Position numbers and translations under genes: made by a program. A stretch of DNA of 64,000 nucleotides from Methanobacteriota archaeon (lineage in GTDB: Archaea; Thermoplasmatota; Poseidoniia; Poseidoniales; Poseidoniaceae), in assembly GCA_011526375.1 (NCBI GenBank), contig WTIT01000151.1, positions 42,130 through 106,129 on the forward strand, written 5' to 3'. Positions 40,201-50,012 of this stretch are shown here, piece by piece. Below the pieces are notes generated by a model. It worked only from the letters and a program-made list of their open reading frames with translations, searched no databases and was not told the DNA's origin. Position 1 is the first letter of the stretch; every line of letters starts with the position of its first letter.

Positions 40201-40367
40201 GCGAATACAACGCGGTAAGCATGGAGTGTTTCGCCAAGTTCATTGGCAACCCAATTGGCGTTTATTTGTGGTTGCTCTGGAAGGTTATCAGCTGTTGCAA
40301 GTGGTGAGAATAACGGTAAAAAGAGTATCAAAAGCACAAAACTAACCAGTGGTTGGTTGTTTCCCAT
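37272..40367 (-). CDS. Large (1031 aa) secreted, C-terminally membrane-anchored cell-surface protein with repeated Ig-like domains
   Basis: Signal peptide MGNNQPLVSFVLLILFLPLFSPLATA, a Thr/Ser/Asn-rich beta-rich body, then a C-terminal TM and a short basic tail. Confidence 0.5.
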   Translation of the reverse strand: MGNNQPLVSFVLLILFLPLFSPLATADNLPEQPQINANWVANELGETLHAYRVVFADGESYQATINVEHNRNGLVLDSDIFQSWDLIDGLRVLDIELNTTIEWGDIVTVTVSITHYAGQELENSLLVEREFEVGTWNQPMDDHEIMLETTWNLDQTYNNSFGPQGFELDFLGQGWQQRIGNTVESWELGNGSVIFVESTEAGSNNLSLDLESIWKNETIVNGILTAQIFEAIGSGTLHVIAVEDDLSTSIFVDVTNAELNRSNIDQVISERLKIDANGVLNISTVEDDNSSTTVDGDIGVFYLETWDEDGVRRYYDQRFEAIAQMIVIDDGTRLDIDLNTLNSEETWIDGVRTNQLEEFVGSGTFGFSESDNESSISVNGTIYDFHTKTEQGITMIDDVHIDGDITGDVQGNFGVVRGIELTGTQANATGVEFPVNVIHEESWFNLTGVNGGNFFDGAGIGATHNQTWDYQVIYSDWKNRTVRLVWEETGADSSSGEEYPERSPIEQTAEPPEYEEALGNLTISRETGLMPIPMHPGDVIRLDGQDGLTLVVTAETLANDPRDGHNFHVVTWSGIYEGDDAGTATGAIIDEGPLKGLISSVSRVLSVPFGEDGYIANFTETQLLTRVISPSVVTAEENSAPIITSLSLLEGLVVSEGGSVATLIAEISDIDWNLESVTVDLTSIGGALVEMNDRGIDGDSVIGDDKFSTRIIVPGLQVGNFSLTVEARDSFDVISTYTSQIVVANQAPRLIGAEILPDEGPRGTNMVINIEAYDGHGVSNISLDLREYGGELIELADNSGVWSTMMTVPEGMSPGVQELRFVTVDGLGKVGVTNVWLNGERNEFHSYGPHFIPDDEAIPISITVENSPPTFTLPELVSFARQDVSTTVVFEVEIFDSDGITNARANLGVFAPLGAQTGWVTMNDNGINGDVTPGDGIYSVELSLRTSTPLGTHEIQIQAIDSFDVATPITPVSIVVQEETSVVPSLDSDSISTTVLAVILLGFTIIAGVSVFFLLRKGKDKEYLEDRFGFE

Positions 40368-40471
40368 GGTTATATTCTGTACCCACTACTCTTCAATACT
40401 TGTGGGAAATTGTTTAACAATAATATTGAATCATAGCAAATAATCGATTTGCAAATTATGAGCCAAAAAAA

Positions 40472-42553
40472 GTGCATGGGATAGGTTTGCATCGTGCAAT
40501 TGATGAAGGTATGACGCTTCCGGCAATTGTAGGAGAGAGCATTTTGGCACTGATAAACATCACACTACCCGACGGAACAGTGAATGAATACGCTGCTGGC
40601 ATCACATGTTCTGAAGTGATTACGGATGTGCTTGGACGCAAGAATGGCTGTTTAGCGGCATTGGTTGATGGTCATGAACGAGACATGTCTTATGAGATTC
40701 ATGATTCCTGTCATATTGAAGGGATTAAAGCCGAATCCGATGCCGGCATGCACATCCTAAGACACAGTGCTGCGCACCTTCTAGCACAAGCAGTGATGGC
40801 GCTTTATCCTGATGCAAAACCCACAATTGGCCCAGCAATAGACAGAGGATTCTACTATGACTTTGCCATGGATACAATTACTGAAAGTGACCTAAAACCA
40901 ATTCAAAAAAAGATGCAGGAAATTGCTAGAAAAAATCTCACTGTTGAACGTGTTGAACTTGATGACAATGAGTTGAGAGAGCATTTTGCTGCTAATCCCT
41001 ACAAGATTGAAATTATTGATGACAAAATAGGTGAAGGGACTGGTTCAACAATCTACAAGCAAGGAGATTGGTATGATTTATGTTTAGGACCTCATGTACA
41101 AAATACTGCAAAATTGATGTTTTGTAAATTAACTAGTGTTTCTTCTGCTTATTGGAGAGGTGATCAAGATAGAGAGCAATTGGTCCGGATTTATGGAATT
41201 GTCGAACCGACAAAAGAGGCGCTAAAGCAAACACTTCATAGAATGGAAGAAGCCAAAAAGCGAGACCACCGAAAGCTCGGTAAAGATTTACAACTATTCC
41301 ATATTGATGAAGAAGTTGGACAGGGCTTGATTTTGTGGACTCCAAGGGGGGCAATCGTTCGCCAAGAGTTGCAGAATTTCATTGGCGAGCATTTGACACG
41401 TCAAGGTTATTCGCAGGTTTTTACGCCACATATCGGTAAACTTGACCTGTACCGTACCTCTGGACATTTCCCCTATTACCAGGATTCTCAATATCCTCCT
41501 TTAGTTGAAAAAGACCTAATGAAGAAACTTGCCGATGAGGGGTGTTCATGCTCCGAGTTATCTAACATGATGAAGACAGGTGAAATTGATGGTTACATGC
41601 TAAAACCGATGAATTGCCCTCATCATGTCAAAATCTATGCGTCCCAGGCTAGATCTTATCGTGACCTACCGCTACGACTAGCAGAATTTGGCACAGTGTA
41701 TCGTTGGGAGCAATCTGGTGAAATTTCAGGAATGACAAGAGTTCGTGGTTTTACCCAAGACGATGCGCACTTATTTGTTACAGAAGACCAAATCGCCCAA
41801 GAAGTACTAGGTTGTATTGAGCTTGTTCAGATTATTTTCGATAAGTTAGGGATGACTGATTACCGCGTTAGAGTTGGCCTAAGAGATCCCGATTCGACAA
41901 AATATGTTGGCGACCCTAAACGATGGGACAAAGCCGAGAAAGCTTGCCGTGATGCTGCTGCTTCCCTTGGAGTTGATTGGTCTGAAGAAGAAGGTGAAGC
42001 AGCATTTTACGGTCCAAAGATTGATTTTGTTGTAAAAGACGTAATTGGCCGAGAATGGCAGTTAGGTACTGTTCAAGTTGATTACAACCTTCCTGAGCGT
42101 TTTGACTTAACTTACAAGGGATCAGATGGTGAATTACACCGACCAGTGATGATTCACCGCGCACCATTCGGCTCAATGGAAAGATTCTGCGGTGTACTCA
42201 TCGAACATTTTGCCGGCCGATTCCCCACTTGGCTATCACCAACACAATGTCACATACTGACCATCTCAGAAAAACACACAGAGTATGCTGCTATTGTTGC
42301 TAATAGACTTAGAGAAAATGGCATTCGTGTAGAAATTGATGACGGTGATGGCACAATTGGTAAGAAAATTAGAACACATCGCAAACTTCACCCGGCATAT
42401 ATGGTAATCCTTGGCGATGGGGAGGCTGAAGGCAACACTGTCAGCCTAAGAGCCCGCAGTGGCGAGCAAGTTTCAGATATTCCACTCGATGAATTCATCA
42501 CCAATATTGTCTCAGAAATAAGTAATAAATCAGCGCAACCAAATTTGGTTTGA
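40472..42553 (+). CDS. thrS: Threonyl-tRNA synthetase
   Basis: TGS domain INITLPDGT, class II motifs HRKLGKDLQLFH and FTPHIGKLDLYRTSGHFPYY, and an anticodon-binding C-terminus. Confidence 0.9.
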   Translation: MHGIGLHRAIDEGMTLPAIVGESILALINITLPDGTVNEYAAGITCSEVITDVLGRKNGCLAALVDGHERDMSYEIHDSCHIEGIKAESDAGMHILRHSAAHLLAQAVMALYPDAKPTIGPAIDRGFYYDFAMDTITESDLKPIQKKMQEIARKNLTVERVELDDNELREHFAANPYKIEIIDDKIGEGTGSTIYKQGDWYDLCLGPHVQNTAKLMFCKLTSVSSAYWRGDQDREQLVRIYGIVEPTKEALKQTLHRMEEAKKRDHRKLGKDLQLFHIDEEVGQGLILWTPRGAIVRQELQNFIGEHLTRQGYSQVFTPHIGKLDLYRTSGHFPYYQDSQYPPLVEKDLMKKLADEGCSCSELSNMMKTGEIDGYMLKPMNCPHHVKIYASQARSYRDLPLRLAEFGTVYRWEQSGEISGMTRVRGFTQDDAHLFVTEDQIAQEVLGCIELVQIIFDKLGMTDYRVRVGLRDPDSTKYVGDPKRWDKAEKACRDAAASLGVDWSEEEGEAAFYGPKIDFVVKDVIGREWQLGTVQVDYNLPERFDLTYKGSDGELHRPVMIHRAPFGSMERFCGVLIEHFAGRFPTWLSPTQCHILTISEKHTEYAAIVANRLRENGIRVEIDDGDGTIGKKIRTHRKLHPAYMVILGDGEAEGNTVSLRARSGEQVSDIPLDEFITNIVSEISNKSAQPNLV

Positions 42554-45120
42554 AAGGAGGTCTTGAAATTTCAGCACCACCAATTACCGACGGTTTCGGA
42601 TTGGTGGCGATAATTCCTTTCTTCTTCGCAGCAGCAACCGCATATCTATTTTGGAACAGCGTAGTACCTCGTCAACTTAGAGGTTTACAGGTTGCTTTTC
42701 AAACCGGAGATAAACGCTACGAGGTTCACAATGTAACCCGTTCGGTTGAGGATGCTAGAAACCTGCTTCAAACGAAAGGCATGCGTTTCGGAGTAACCAG
42801 CTATCTGTTCGCCCTTACTGGCGTCCTAATCCTAGTATTTGAGTTCTTGATGATTGAGTATAATTTAGCAGAAGGTTATCACGCTGTATCGATAATTATT
42901 GCATTGTTCTTTATTGCCGTTCCAGCAATTATTTCCAGCGGCTCCTCTTTGGGCGCACAGGTCGTAAAACCGGTAGGTGCCGGCAAAGCAACCCTGCAAA
43001 ATTCGGATATATGGCAGAATTATTCCTATGTCGTATTAACGATAAGTTGGATGATTCTAGTTGGAATAATTGCCGTAATTCTCACTTCAATCGGTGTCCC
43101 ATCTTTTCGAATCTTCAGTATTTGTGCTTTTATTGCGTTTTCTCCAGCAGTGTTAGCTTATGGTAGAGTCTTAGGCTCATCTTGGCAAGCATTGAAACAA
43201 TCCTCAGTAAAAATCGCTAGTGGCCAGCCATCGCCATTCCACAATCACAAGCCAAGTCCGAAACAACAAGCTATCGCCCAAGTTGTCAACATTAACCTGT
43301 CTGTAATGCCATTTATTGCATTCAATACAATAATTTCGATTATGGCATTGGCTATCGACCCGGACATGTTCACACACTCAGACAGAGTTCTAGAATTACC
43401 AGAGTATCGTGTCCAATCATCGATAATGGAAGAGGGAGGAATCCTCGGATTTGCCTTAATCGAATTGTTTGCTTTCATCCCAGCAGAAGGAATAAGAGTC
43501 CCGCTCGTTAACATGGTGTTACTATTCTTATTACTCAACGTCGCATTGATTGGGTTTTTGTTTGTTTACGAAGTTGCTCGGATTTTATTCTTGGATGTAC
43601 AAGATGTTTCAGGTAAAGGAGGAATTAAATTAGCAGATAGCCGTTTACTTAGAGCAGAAAGAAGCCAACAAGCGAAGGTGCTGAATTTCTGCTTCACTGG
43701 GTTTGCTGGACAATCGATGTTACTTCTTGCGCTTGCAATGATTACCTTTTGGGACTCTAGTTTCTTACCACAAGGCGCAGCATGTGGTTCATGGGAAAAC
43801 AATATCTGTACCGTTTTGCAAAAAGATGCACTCGAGGAATTAACTTGGATGCTCTCTTCGGGAGGACAAGTCGCTTTCGTGGTAATTTGGGCACGGTCGA
43901 GAAAAATCGGTTCTAGACTAGAAGACATCTCATTTGATGCTTCAATGGGGGAGAACCGGGCTAGAATGGCTCAACTGGAAGATGTCATCTACTTGAAACA
44001 AAAAGCGATTAGGAAATTGATTACTGATGATTCCTGGGATAAGGCATTACAACGTATTGACGCGGTGATAGAAGGACATGGAGAACAATTAGAAGGATTA
44101 GATCTAGTTCGAAAAACCGATGCTATGATGGAAATTTATGCTGCGATGGGAAGATGGGATGATGCCGAAAATAATGCAGTCTCGATACTTGCCCTTAGAG
44201 GTGGTAGAGAAGCTCAAATCGCTAGACTAATCTTGGTTGCGGCAAGTCTGAGTCAGCGAGATTTTGCCGAAGCAAAACCCCGTTTGGCACTACTGCCTGA
44301 TGATGACATTGAAGCAGCTAGATTGCAATGGTTCGCCTCTGTAATGCAGCCCAAAAAACGTATTTTGGATGAAAATATGAAATCACTCCTATCAGTAGAC
44401 CCACTAACAAAAAGAAATATCGATTTAATCAAGCGATATAGTCAAGGAGTTGCGATTACAGAAATACCATACAGGAATGACCCTGCTGATAGATTAATCC
44501 TGCTTGGCGATATCGCGAGGCTTAGATTATCTGGAACGTATGAGACTGCTTTGAATATGCTAGAGCGATATATGAAGCAAAACTCACTAGAGAATTGGGT
44601 TCATGGTAATGTTGTTTGTGCATTGCTACATTTAGATGAAGGGAGAATTTTAACTGCAACCAAGATCGCAAAAAGCTTGGCTAAAACACAATCAAGACAC
44701 CCGCATTTGAGAAGTCTACTACGACATTTGGAGTCAATTGGTCATACGATTTCTGCAAGTAGTGAAACAACCGGTATCGAATGGATAAGAGACTCCGGTC
44801 TTGATTGGGTCAATGCATGGCCATACCGTCATACCGTTGCCCCAGCACCGGCCTTTGTTACCAAAGATTTGCAAAAGCATGCTTGGCAAGCAAACGGTTG
44901 GATTGCATTTGGTGATGAAGAAGTGTTTACTAAAGCCAAGAAAAAAGCCACCAACGGTTGGAAATTACTGGCTGATAAAAAGAGCGAAAGTGACTTTCCA
45001 CCCTGTCTCTACACCCACATAACTGGAGTTGTTGTGACTATTGGAGGAATGCCTGTTGACCTTGGCTTGCCTGGCGACATCGATCTAAAAGCAATAGAGA
45101 ATGCCGGTTTACTGGACTAA
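42550..45120 (+). CDS. Polytopic membrane protein with large C-terminal helical (TPR-like) cytoplasmic domain, unknown function
   Basis: It overlaps the thrS stop by 4 nt. The track's TTG start is uncertain (a GTG ~50 nt downstream is possible). About 10 TMs are followed by ~450 aa of helical repeats. Confidence 0.45.
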   Translation: MKGGLEISAPPITDGFGLVAIIPFFFAAATAYLFWNSVVPRQLRGLQVAFQTGDKRYEVHNVTRSVEDARNLLQTKGMRFGVTSYLFALTGVLILVFEFLMIEYNLAEGYHAVSIIIALFFIAVPAIISSGSSLGAQVVKPVGAGKATLQNSDIWQNYSYVVLTISWMILVGIIAVILTSIGVPSFRIFSICAFIAFSPAVLAYGRVLGSSWQALKQSSVKIASGQPSPFHNHKPSPKQQAIAQVVNINLSVMPFIAFNTIISIMALAIDPDMFTHSDRVLELPEYRVQSSIMEEGGILGFALIELFAFIPAEGIRVPLVNMVLLFLLLNVALIGFLFVYEVARILFLDVQDVSGKGGIKLADSRLLRAERSQQAKVLNFCFTGFAGQSMLLLALAMITFWDSSFLPQGAACGSWENNICTVLQKDALEELTWMLSSGGQVAFVVIWARSRKIGSRLEDISFDASMGENRARMAQLEDVIYLKQKAIRKLITDDSWDKALQRIDAVIEGHGEQLEGLDLVRKTDAMMEIYAAMGRWDDAENNAVSILALRGGREAQIARLILVAASLSQRDFAEAKPRLALLPDDDIEAARLQWFASVMQPKKRILDENMKSLLSVDPLTKRNIDLIKRYSQGVAITEIPYRNDPADRLILLGDIARLRLSGTYETALNMLERYMKQNSLENWVHGNVVCALLHLDEGRILTATKIAKSLAKTQSRHPHLRSLLRHLESIGHTISASSETTGIEWIRDSGLDWVNAWPYRHTVAPAPAFVTKDLQKHAWQANGWIAFGDEEVFTKAKKKATNGWKLLADKKSESDFPPCLYTHITGVVVTIGGMPVDLGLPGDIDLKAIENAGLLD

Positions 45121-46413
45121 TCAACCCCATGAACAAGGCTCTAGAATTGTTTGACCTCCCATTAGAGGTACTAGCGGTTCTGGAATCGAAACTCTACCAT
45201 CAGCCAGCTGATTCTGCTCAATAATTGCCACTAAAGCTCTTGAAGTGGCAACAGCAGTTGAATTCAACGTGTGAACAATCGGTTGATTCGCATGACCCGG
45301 TTGGCCATACTTGATTTGCAATCTATTAGCTTGATAATCTGTGCAATTAGAGCATGATACGATTTCCTTGTACTGACCGGCCCCTGGCAACCAAGCCTCC
45401 AAGTCATACTTTCTGGCTGCAACAGTTCCCATATCTCCTGTACAAATGTTGACTACCTCGTAATGAAGGCCAAGTTCGTTCCACAAATCAATGCAGTTTT
45501 GTAACAACTCTTCATGCAGTTCCCATGATTGTTCTGGCCTTGATATGACTATTTGTTCGATCTTGGTAAACTGGTGAACACGCCAAATTCCCAAATCTGA
45601 TTGTCCATGTGAGCCAACCTCTCTCCTAAAACACGGCGATACACCGACTATTTTCAGTGGCAACATCTCTTCTGGAATGGTCTCGCCCATATACATAGAA
45701 GTTAGTGGATGTTCAGATGTAGCAATCATGTAGTACTTATCTGGTTCAATGCCGTACATAACGGTCTCAAAGTCGTTAAGATCGGTAACACCTTCGTAGG
45801 CTTGTCGATTCATCATTACCGGAGGTTGTACAAAGGTGAATCCTCGTTGGCCAATAAAGTCAACAGCAAAGGTTTGTAGCGCCAGTTCCAACCTTGCTAA
45901 ATCACCCTTTAGGAAGAAAAATCTAGATCCTGTGATTTTAGCAGCACGCTTCAAATCAACCCATTTGTTCATCTCAATTAATTCATTGTGAGTTCTAGGT
46001 TCGAAATCAAATTCTGGTTTATCGCCATAGACACTATGCACTGTATTACCAGATTCATCTGCCCCTTGAGGCACCTCCTGATGAAGGAGATTTGGAATCG
46101 ACATTCGAATGCGGTCCCTTTGTGTTACGGCTTCTTGAGTTTCTGCCTCAAGTTGTGAGATCTCTGCTCCTAGTGAAGCAACTTCGGCCAATATGGCTTG
46201 TGCTCGCTCTTCGTCACCCGATTTTTTTGCTTCACTGATTCCCTTGGCTGCAGTATTCTTTTGTTGTCTCAACTGATTAGTTTGATGCTGTAAACTAAGC
46301 CATAACTTGTCAAAATGGATTACTTGGTCAATTTTTTCATGTGAGATTCCACGCTTATCGTGGTCAGCACGTATTTGCTCGTGGTTATCTCTAAACATAT
46401 GAATATCTAACAT
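45121..46413 (-). CDS. serS: Seryl-tRNA synthetase
   Basis: N-terminal coiled coil and class II catalytic core (FRREVGSHGQSDLGIWRVHQF). Confidence 0.9.
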   Translation of the reverse strand: MLDIHMFRDNHEQIRADHDKRGISHEKIDQVIHFDKLWLSLQHQTNQLRQQKNTAAKGISEAKKSGDEERAQAILAEVASLGAEISQLEAETQEAVTQRDRIRMSIPNLLHQEVPQGADESGNTVHSVYGDKPEFDFEPRTHNELIEMNKWVDLKRAAKITGSRFFFLKGDLARLELALQTFAVDFIGQRGFTFVQPPVMMNRQAYEGVTDLNDFETVMYGIEPDKYYMIATSEHPLTSMYMGETIPEEMLPLKIVGVSPCFRREVGSHGQSDLGIWRVHQFTKIEQIVISRPEQSWELHEELLQNCIDLWNELGLHYEVVNICTGDMGTVAARKYDLEAWLPGAGQYKEIVSCSNCTDYQANRLQIKYGQPGHANQPIVHTLNSTAVATSRALVAIIEQNQLADGRVSIPEPLVPLMGGQTILEPCSWG

Positions 46414-46421
46414 TAAACCAC

Positions 46422-48596
46422 CTACAATGAGATACCTAGATTAAAAATTTCAGTACCAATAAATATCATTCCGCCGACTAAATATCCAAGTATTGCACCA
46501 CCATTCAACAACGGTAGGCCTGCTTGTGCTTTACCTCTAGCAACATAACTCATCAATGCCAAATAACCAAGCAGAGAACCTGCTAAAGTGAACATAGCGA
46601 TGCCAAATGAGTCATCCGTATCAAGCCATTGCACAGCAGAAAGTACTAACATACCGGGGAATATGATATCTCCTAGACCCATGAATAATGCTTCCTTGCT
46701 CTTTTTCTTAGCTGGAATCATAGTTTTGTGTGCCAGTGGAACAGGGGTAATTTCGGTTTTGTCAACCATCTTTGTTTTCTCATCCTTGAATGAATATCCT
46801 TTGTCTTGTGGAGCGACGAGTAATATTGGGAGATTTAGTCCAATCATCGTGTCAGCTAACTCAAGCATATGTTTAGAGCGATAAACCGCCCAAGCATCAT
46901 AAACTGCCGCTAGAATCATGAAAATCATAATCAATCCGGGAACGAAAGCAACGCCAAGCATTACAATAACACCAGCACCAACCAAGATACCAACCGTATT
47001 TACCACATACCACTCACTGTGGAAATATAACAATACCATCAATAGCAGTGCGAGGATTACTCCCACCAAGAAAGGAATGTCATACAATTGTAGCCCGTCT
47101 AATGAATACATGTCGTCATCGATAATACCGCTTTCAATAACATCTGGTGACACTGAATAAAATGAATCAGAAGAACCATCGTTGCTAAAAACACCTAGAT
47201 TAAAATCATCATCAACATCAAATGTCAAGCGATTTTTGAGCAATTGAGTATGGAGCCAATACGCTTTTTCATCACCAGCAATCAATAAGTCAGTAAAGCC
47301 TGAATCATCGAGATCAGTAATCTGTACTTGGTATACTGAATCGACTAAACCGTCTAGATTCATGCTATCTTGAACAGTAAATTGATCGGTGTATGATTTC
47401 GTTCCATTCCACTCCCAGCCGCTAACATTGCCATTTGCTTCACCAACTAATAATAATCCAGTATTCCCGTCATTCTCGGAAATTTCCTCGGAAGACCATG
47501 GAGAATGTCCGAAATCCGCAGACGTGATGATTTCCTCGGATTGATACTCAAATTCCATTGGCATTATCTCAGCGGTCAAGGATTGTTTAGTGGTTTCTAG
47601 GGCAAACACTATCACAGTTTTATCCGTTGTAAGTACCATTCTGTCTTCGGAAATTTGAGTTGCTTCGATGAATCCTTCTCTAAAGCCAACATTACTTGGC
47701 ACAACCCACTGAGCTTGTGGTGGCAACAAAGCCCCGGTAGTTTCGCTAATTACGTGGTAATGAATATCACCACTTGAAGAAAATATGTAAAGACCACCCT
47801 GAGCCATTAGAGCCATATCACAACTGTATCCATTTGGCATGCCTAATTGCAGAACACCTTGATCATCAATAAAATGGCATGGGAAAATATCTTGAGTTTC
47901 TCCAGAATCAAGATTAATTGTCCATATCCAAGCAGTGTTTGTTACCGTAAGGTAGTCATCTGATTTTACAATACGAAGATTCTCAAAGTCACCTGCAGGC
48001 AGCCTACTAAAATTTGAGACCCATTCCGCTTCACTTGAATTCAAAGATTCACTGCTATAGTATGAAATCGAATCTTGCCAATTGCTTGAGTTCCCGATTA
48101 ATTCATGAGTAATGAAACCATCCATCCCTAAATCGGTTACATATTCTCCAGAATAGGTGAATGATTCTTGATATTCAAAATCTTCAACATCAAAATCGAT
48201 AACGAACATGTGCATAAGTGGGACTGTTGTGTACATTAGAGCGATGGTAAGTACTCCCATAATTCCGTATTTTATCACCCACTCCTTCTTGTATCTTGCA
48301 AGAGCAATAACCACTGCAGTAAAGATGAAAATCATAACCAATTCAAGCAAGATAAATCTAACTTGAGTCGCTCCAGTCTCACCAAAGGCGTGTAGTTCAG
48401 CCACATCATACCAAGGCCTAATGAAAAGAGCCAAAACGATGGTTACAACAAACATAGTAACCATCCCGAGCATTGAAGTCATCTGCTCTTTCATTAAAGC
48501 AAATACACTTGTTTCTTGGGCAAGTTCTTGCTCCATTCTAACAAATTCCGCTGAGGCTTCATCTGGCCTTGCGGTTGGAATGTCAGCCTCGCTCAT
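46422..48596 (-). CDS. Presenilin/signal-peptide-peptidase-like (A22 family) intramembrane aspartyl protease with ~330-aa extracellular beta-propeller-like insertion
   Basis: Catalytic motifs AAVYDAW (YD), FMGLGDIIFP (GLGD) and QAGLPLL (PAL-like) lie in the C-terminal TM bundle. FG-GAP-like segments (DLDDSGFTDLLIAGDE) occupy the central hydrophilic domain. Confidence 0.55.
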   Translation of the reverse strand: MSEADIPTARPDEASAEFVRMEQELAQETSVFALMKEQMTSMLGMVTMFVVTIVLALFIRPWYDVAELHAFGETGATQVRFILLELVMIFIFTAVVIALARYKKEWVIKYGIMGVLTIALMYTTVPLMHMFVIDFDVEDFEYQESFTYSGEYVTDLGMDGFITHELIGNSSNWQDSISYYSSESLNSSEAEWVSNFSRLPAGDFENLRIVKSDDYLTVTNTAWIWTINLDSGETQDIFPCHFIDDQGVLQLGMPNGYSCDMALMAQGGLYIFSSSGDIHYHVISETTGALLPPQAQWVVPSNVGFREGFIEATQISEDRMVLTTDKTVIVFALETTKQSLTAEIMPMEFEYQSEEIITSADFGHSPWSSEEISENDGNTGLLLVGEANGNVSGWEWNGTKSYTDQFTVQDSMNLDGLVDSVYQVQITDLDDSGFTDLLIAGDEKAYWLHTQLLKNRLTFDVDDDFNLGVFSNDGSSDSFYSVSPDVIESGIIDDDMYSLDGLQLYDIPFLVGVILALLLMVLLYFHSEWYVVNTVGILVGAGVIVMLGVAFVPGLIMIFMILAAVYDAWAVYRSKHMLELADTMIGLNLPILLVAPQDKGYSFKDEKTKMVDKTEITPVPLAHKTMIPAKKKSKEALFMGLGDIIFPGMLVLSAVQWLDTDDSFGIAMFTLAGSLLGYLALMSYVARGKAQAGLPLLNGGAILGYLVGGMIFIGTEIFNLGISL

Positions 48597-48696
48597 GTTT
48601 TGGCGTAGGTGCTCTATCTTTTGAGTGAATCGCTTTTATCATACAAAGTCAATTCATATCACTAAGAATTATGCAATATGAAATGATGGGCGTAAC

Positions 48697-49980
48697 GTGC
48701 CAAGCAACCCAATGATTAGGAATTGGTTGGAGGCAACCAAAAATAGCGGGATGGCATTGGGCCTGCAAAATACCTATGCAGTGCTTTCATATCTAGAATT
48801 AGATTTTGACAATACACAGATTATTCACGTTGCAGGAAGTAATGGTAAGGGCACATTATGCTCAATAATCGCTGCTAGTTTTTCATTGAATAACGAATCA
48901 AACGTATTGTTTTCATCACCTCATCTATGTAGAGTTGAAGAACGAATACGGTTGGATGGGCGGCCTATTTCCAACAAAATGTTTGACAACGCACTACATC
49001 AAGTGAAAGATGCAGCAGAAAAATTGTCTATCAATCCGACTTTTTTTGAAACAACATTTTTGGCAGCGATGGTAATAACCGCTGAAGTAATGCCTAAATT
49101 TCTTATCTTAGAAACAGGACTAGGTGGTCGTTTAGATGCAACTAGGTGCGCCCCTGCTGATTTGTCTATTCTTACCTCAATTACCAAAGAACATACCGAC
49201 ATTTTAGGCGATGACATATACCAGATAATTAGAGAGAAAGCGGCAATTGCTAGACCAGGAAAAATCATCATAGCAAGAGAAATGAAGATTACTAACTATC
49301 GACAAACCGTTACAGAATCAGCAAATAATTGTTCACGAAGTGAATTGAATGAACTATCTGGGATTGCTACATGCAAGTTCGTCGAAATACCCGATGGTGT
49401 CTCAATTATTGATGAAGCAGAACTACTGGCAATTGCTGCATTCAATTCGCTTGGCTTGGAGACTAATAAACTGGCAGAGGCAAAACATATTGTCAACTGG
49501 CCAGCAAGACTGCAAGAATTGAGTTTGCCATCTAATCATAGATGGATCTTAGATGCTGCTCACAATCCTTCGGGGCTTGGTAGAGTAATGCAACAAATTA
49601 TTCGATTAGCAAAAAGAGATAATCAATCTGACCGTATTTCAATTGTTTTTGGCACATCCCCACAACAAGAATTAGCATCGATGATAAATTTGGTCAACGA
49701 AATTTGTCGAGCCTTTTCACATGTTAACCTATATTTAACAAAGCCACAGGGAGGCAGGTATCCCGGTCTTGAGCCAAAGTTGTTAGCGAATTTCGAATGG
49801 GCATGTAATGAAATTCATACCCATAACGAGGTATCTACAGCAATTGATGAAATATTGTCGAAGGATGTTGCGTCTACTGGTGTAATCTTATCATTAGGGT
49901 CGTTATACCTGCAAGGCAATATTCTAAATTACCTAGGCAAAGACACGGATGAGGATCTAAGTCTACTGCCGAAGCAATGA
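48697..49980 (+). CDS. folC: Folylpolyglutamate synthase/dihydrofolate synthase (FolC, Mur ligase family)
   Basis: HVAGSNGKGT P-loop, SPHLCRVEERI and the Mur-ligase layout. Confidence 0.75.
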   Translation: MPSNPMIRNWLEATKNSGMALGLQNTYAVLSYLELDFDNTQIIHVAGSNGKGTLCSIIAASFSLNNESNVLFSSPHLCRVEERIRLDGRPISNKMFDNALHQVKDAAEKLSINPTFFETTFLAAMVITAEVMPKFLILETGLGGRLDATRCAPADLSILTSITKEHTDILGDDIYQIIREKAAIARPGKIIIAREMKITNYRQTVTESANNCSRSELNELSGIATCKFVEIPDGVSIIDEAELLAIAAFNSLGLETNKLAEAKHIVNWPARLQELSLPSNHRWILDAAHNPSGLGRVMQQIIRLAKRDNQSDRISIVFGTSPQQELASMINLVNEICRAFSHVNLYLTKPQGGRYPGLEPKLLANFEWACNEIHTHNEVSTAIDEILSKDVASTGVILSLGSLYLQGNILNYLGKDTDEDLSLLPKQ

Positions 49981-50012
49981 AGTTTAGAGACATCTACGAC
50001 TAGACGGTTGCG

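Noticed and set aside
37272-40367. PGF-CTERM/archaeosortase sorting signal at the C-terminus of the giant surface protein.
   Set aside because: The C-terminus has LGF and a TM plus basic tail but lacks a clear Pro-Gly-Phe motif, so the anchor type is left unspecified.
42550-42610. TTG start of the 856-aa membrane protein as given by the ORF track.
   Set aside because: No upstream RBS (the start lies inside the thrS coding end). A GTG ~50 nt downstream is an equally plausible start. Gene boundaries are kept as in the track, flagged as uncertain.
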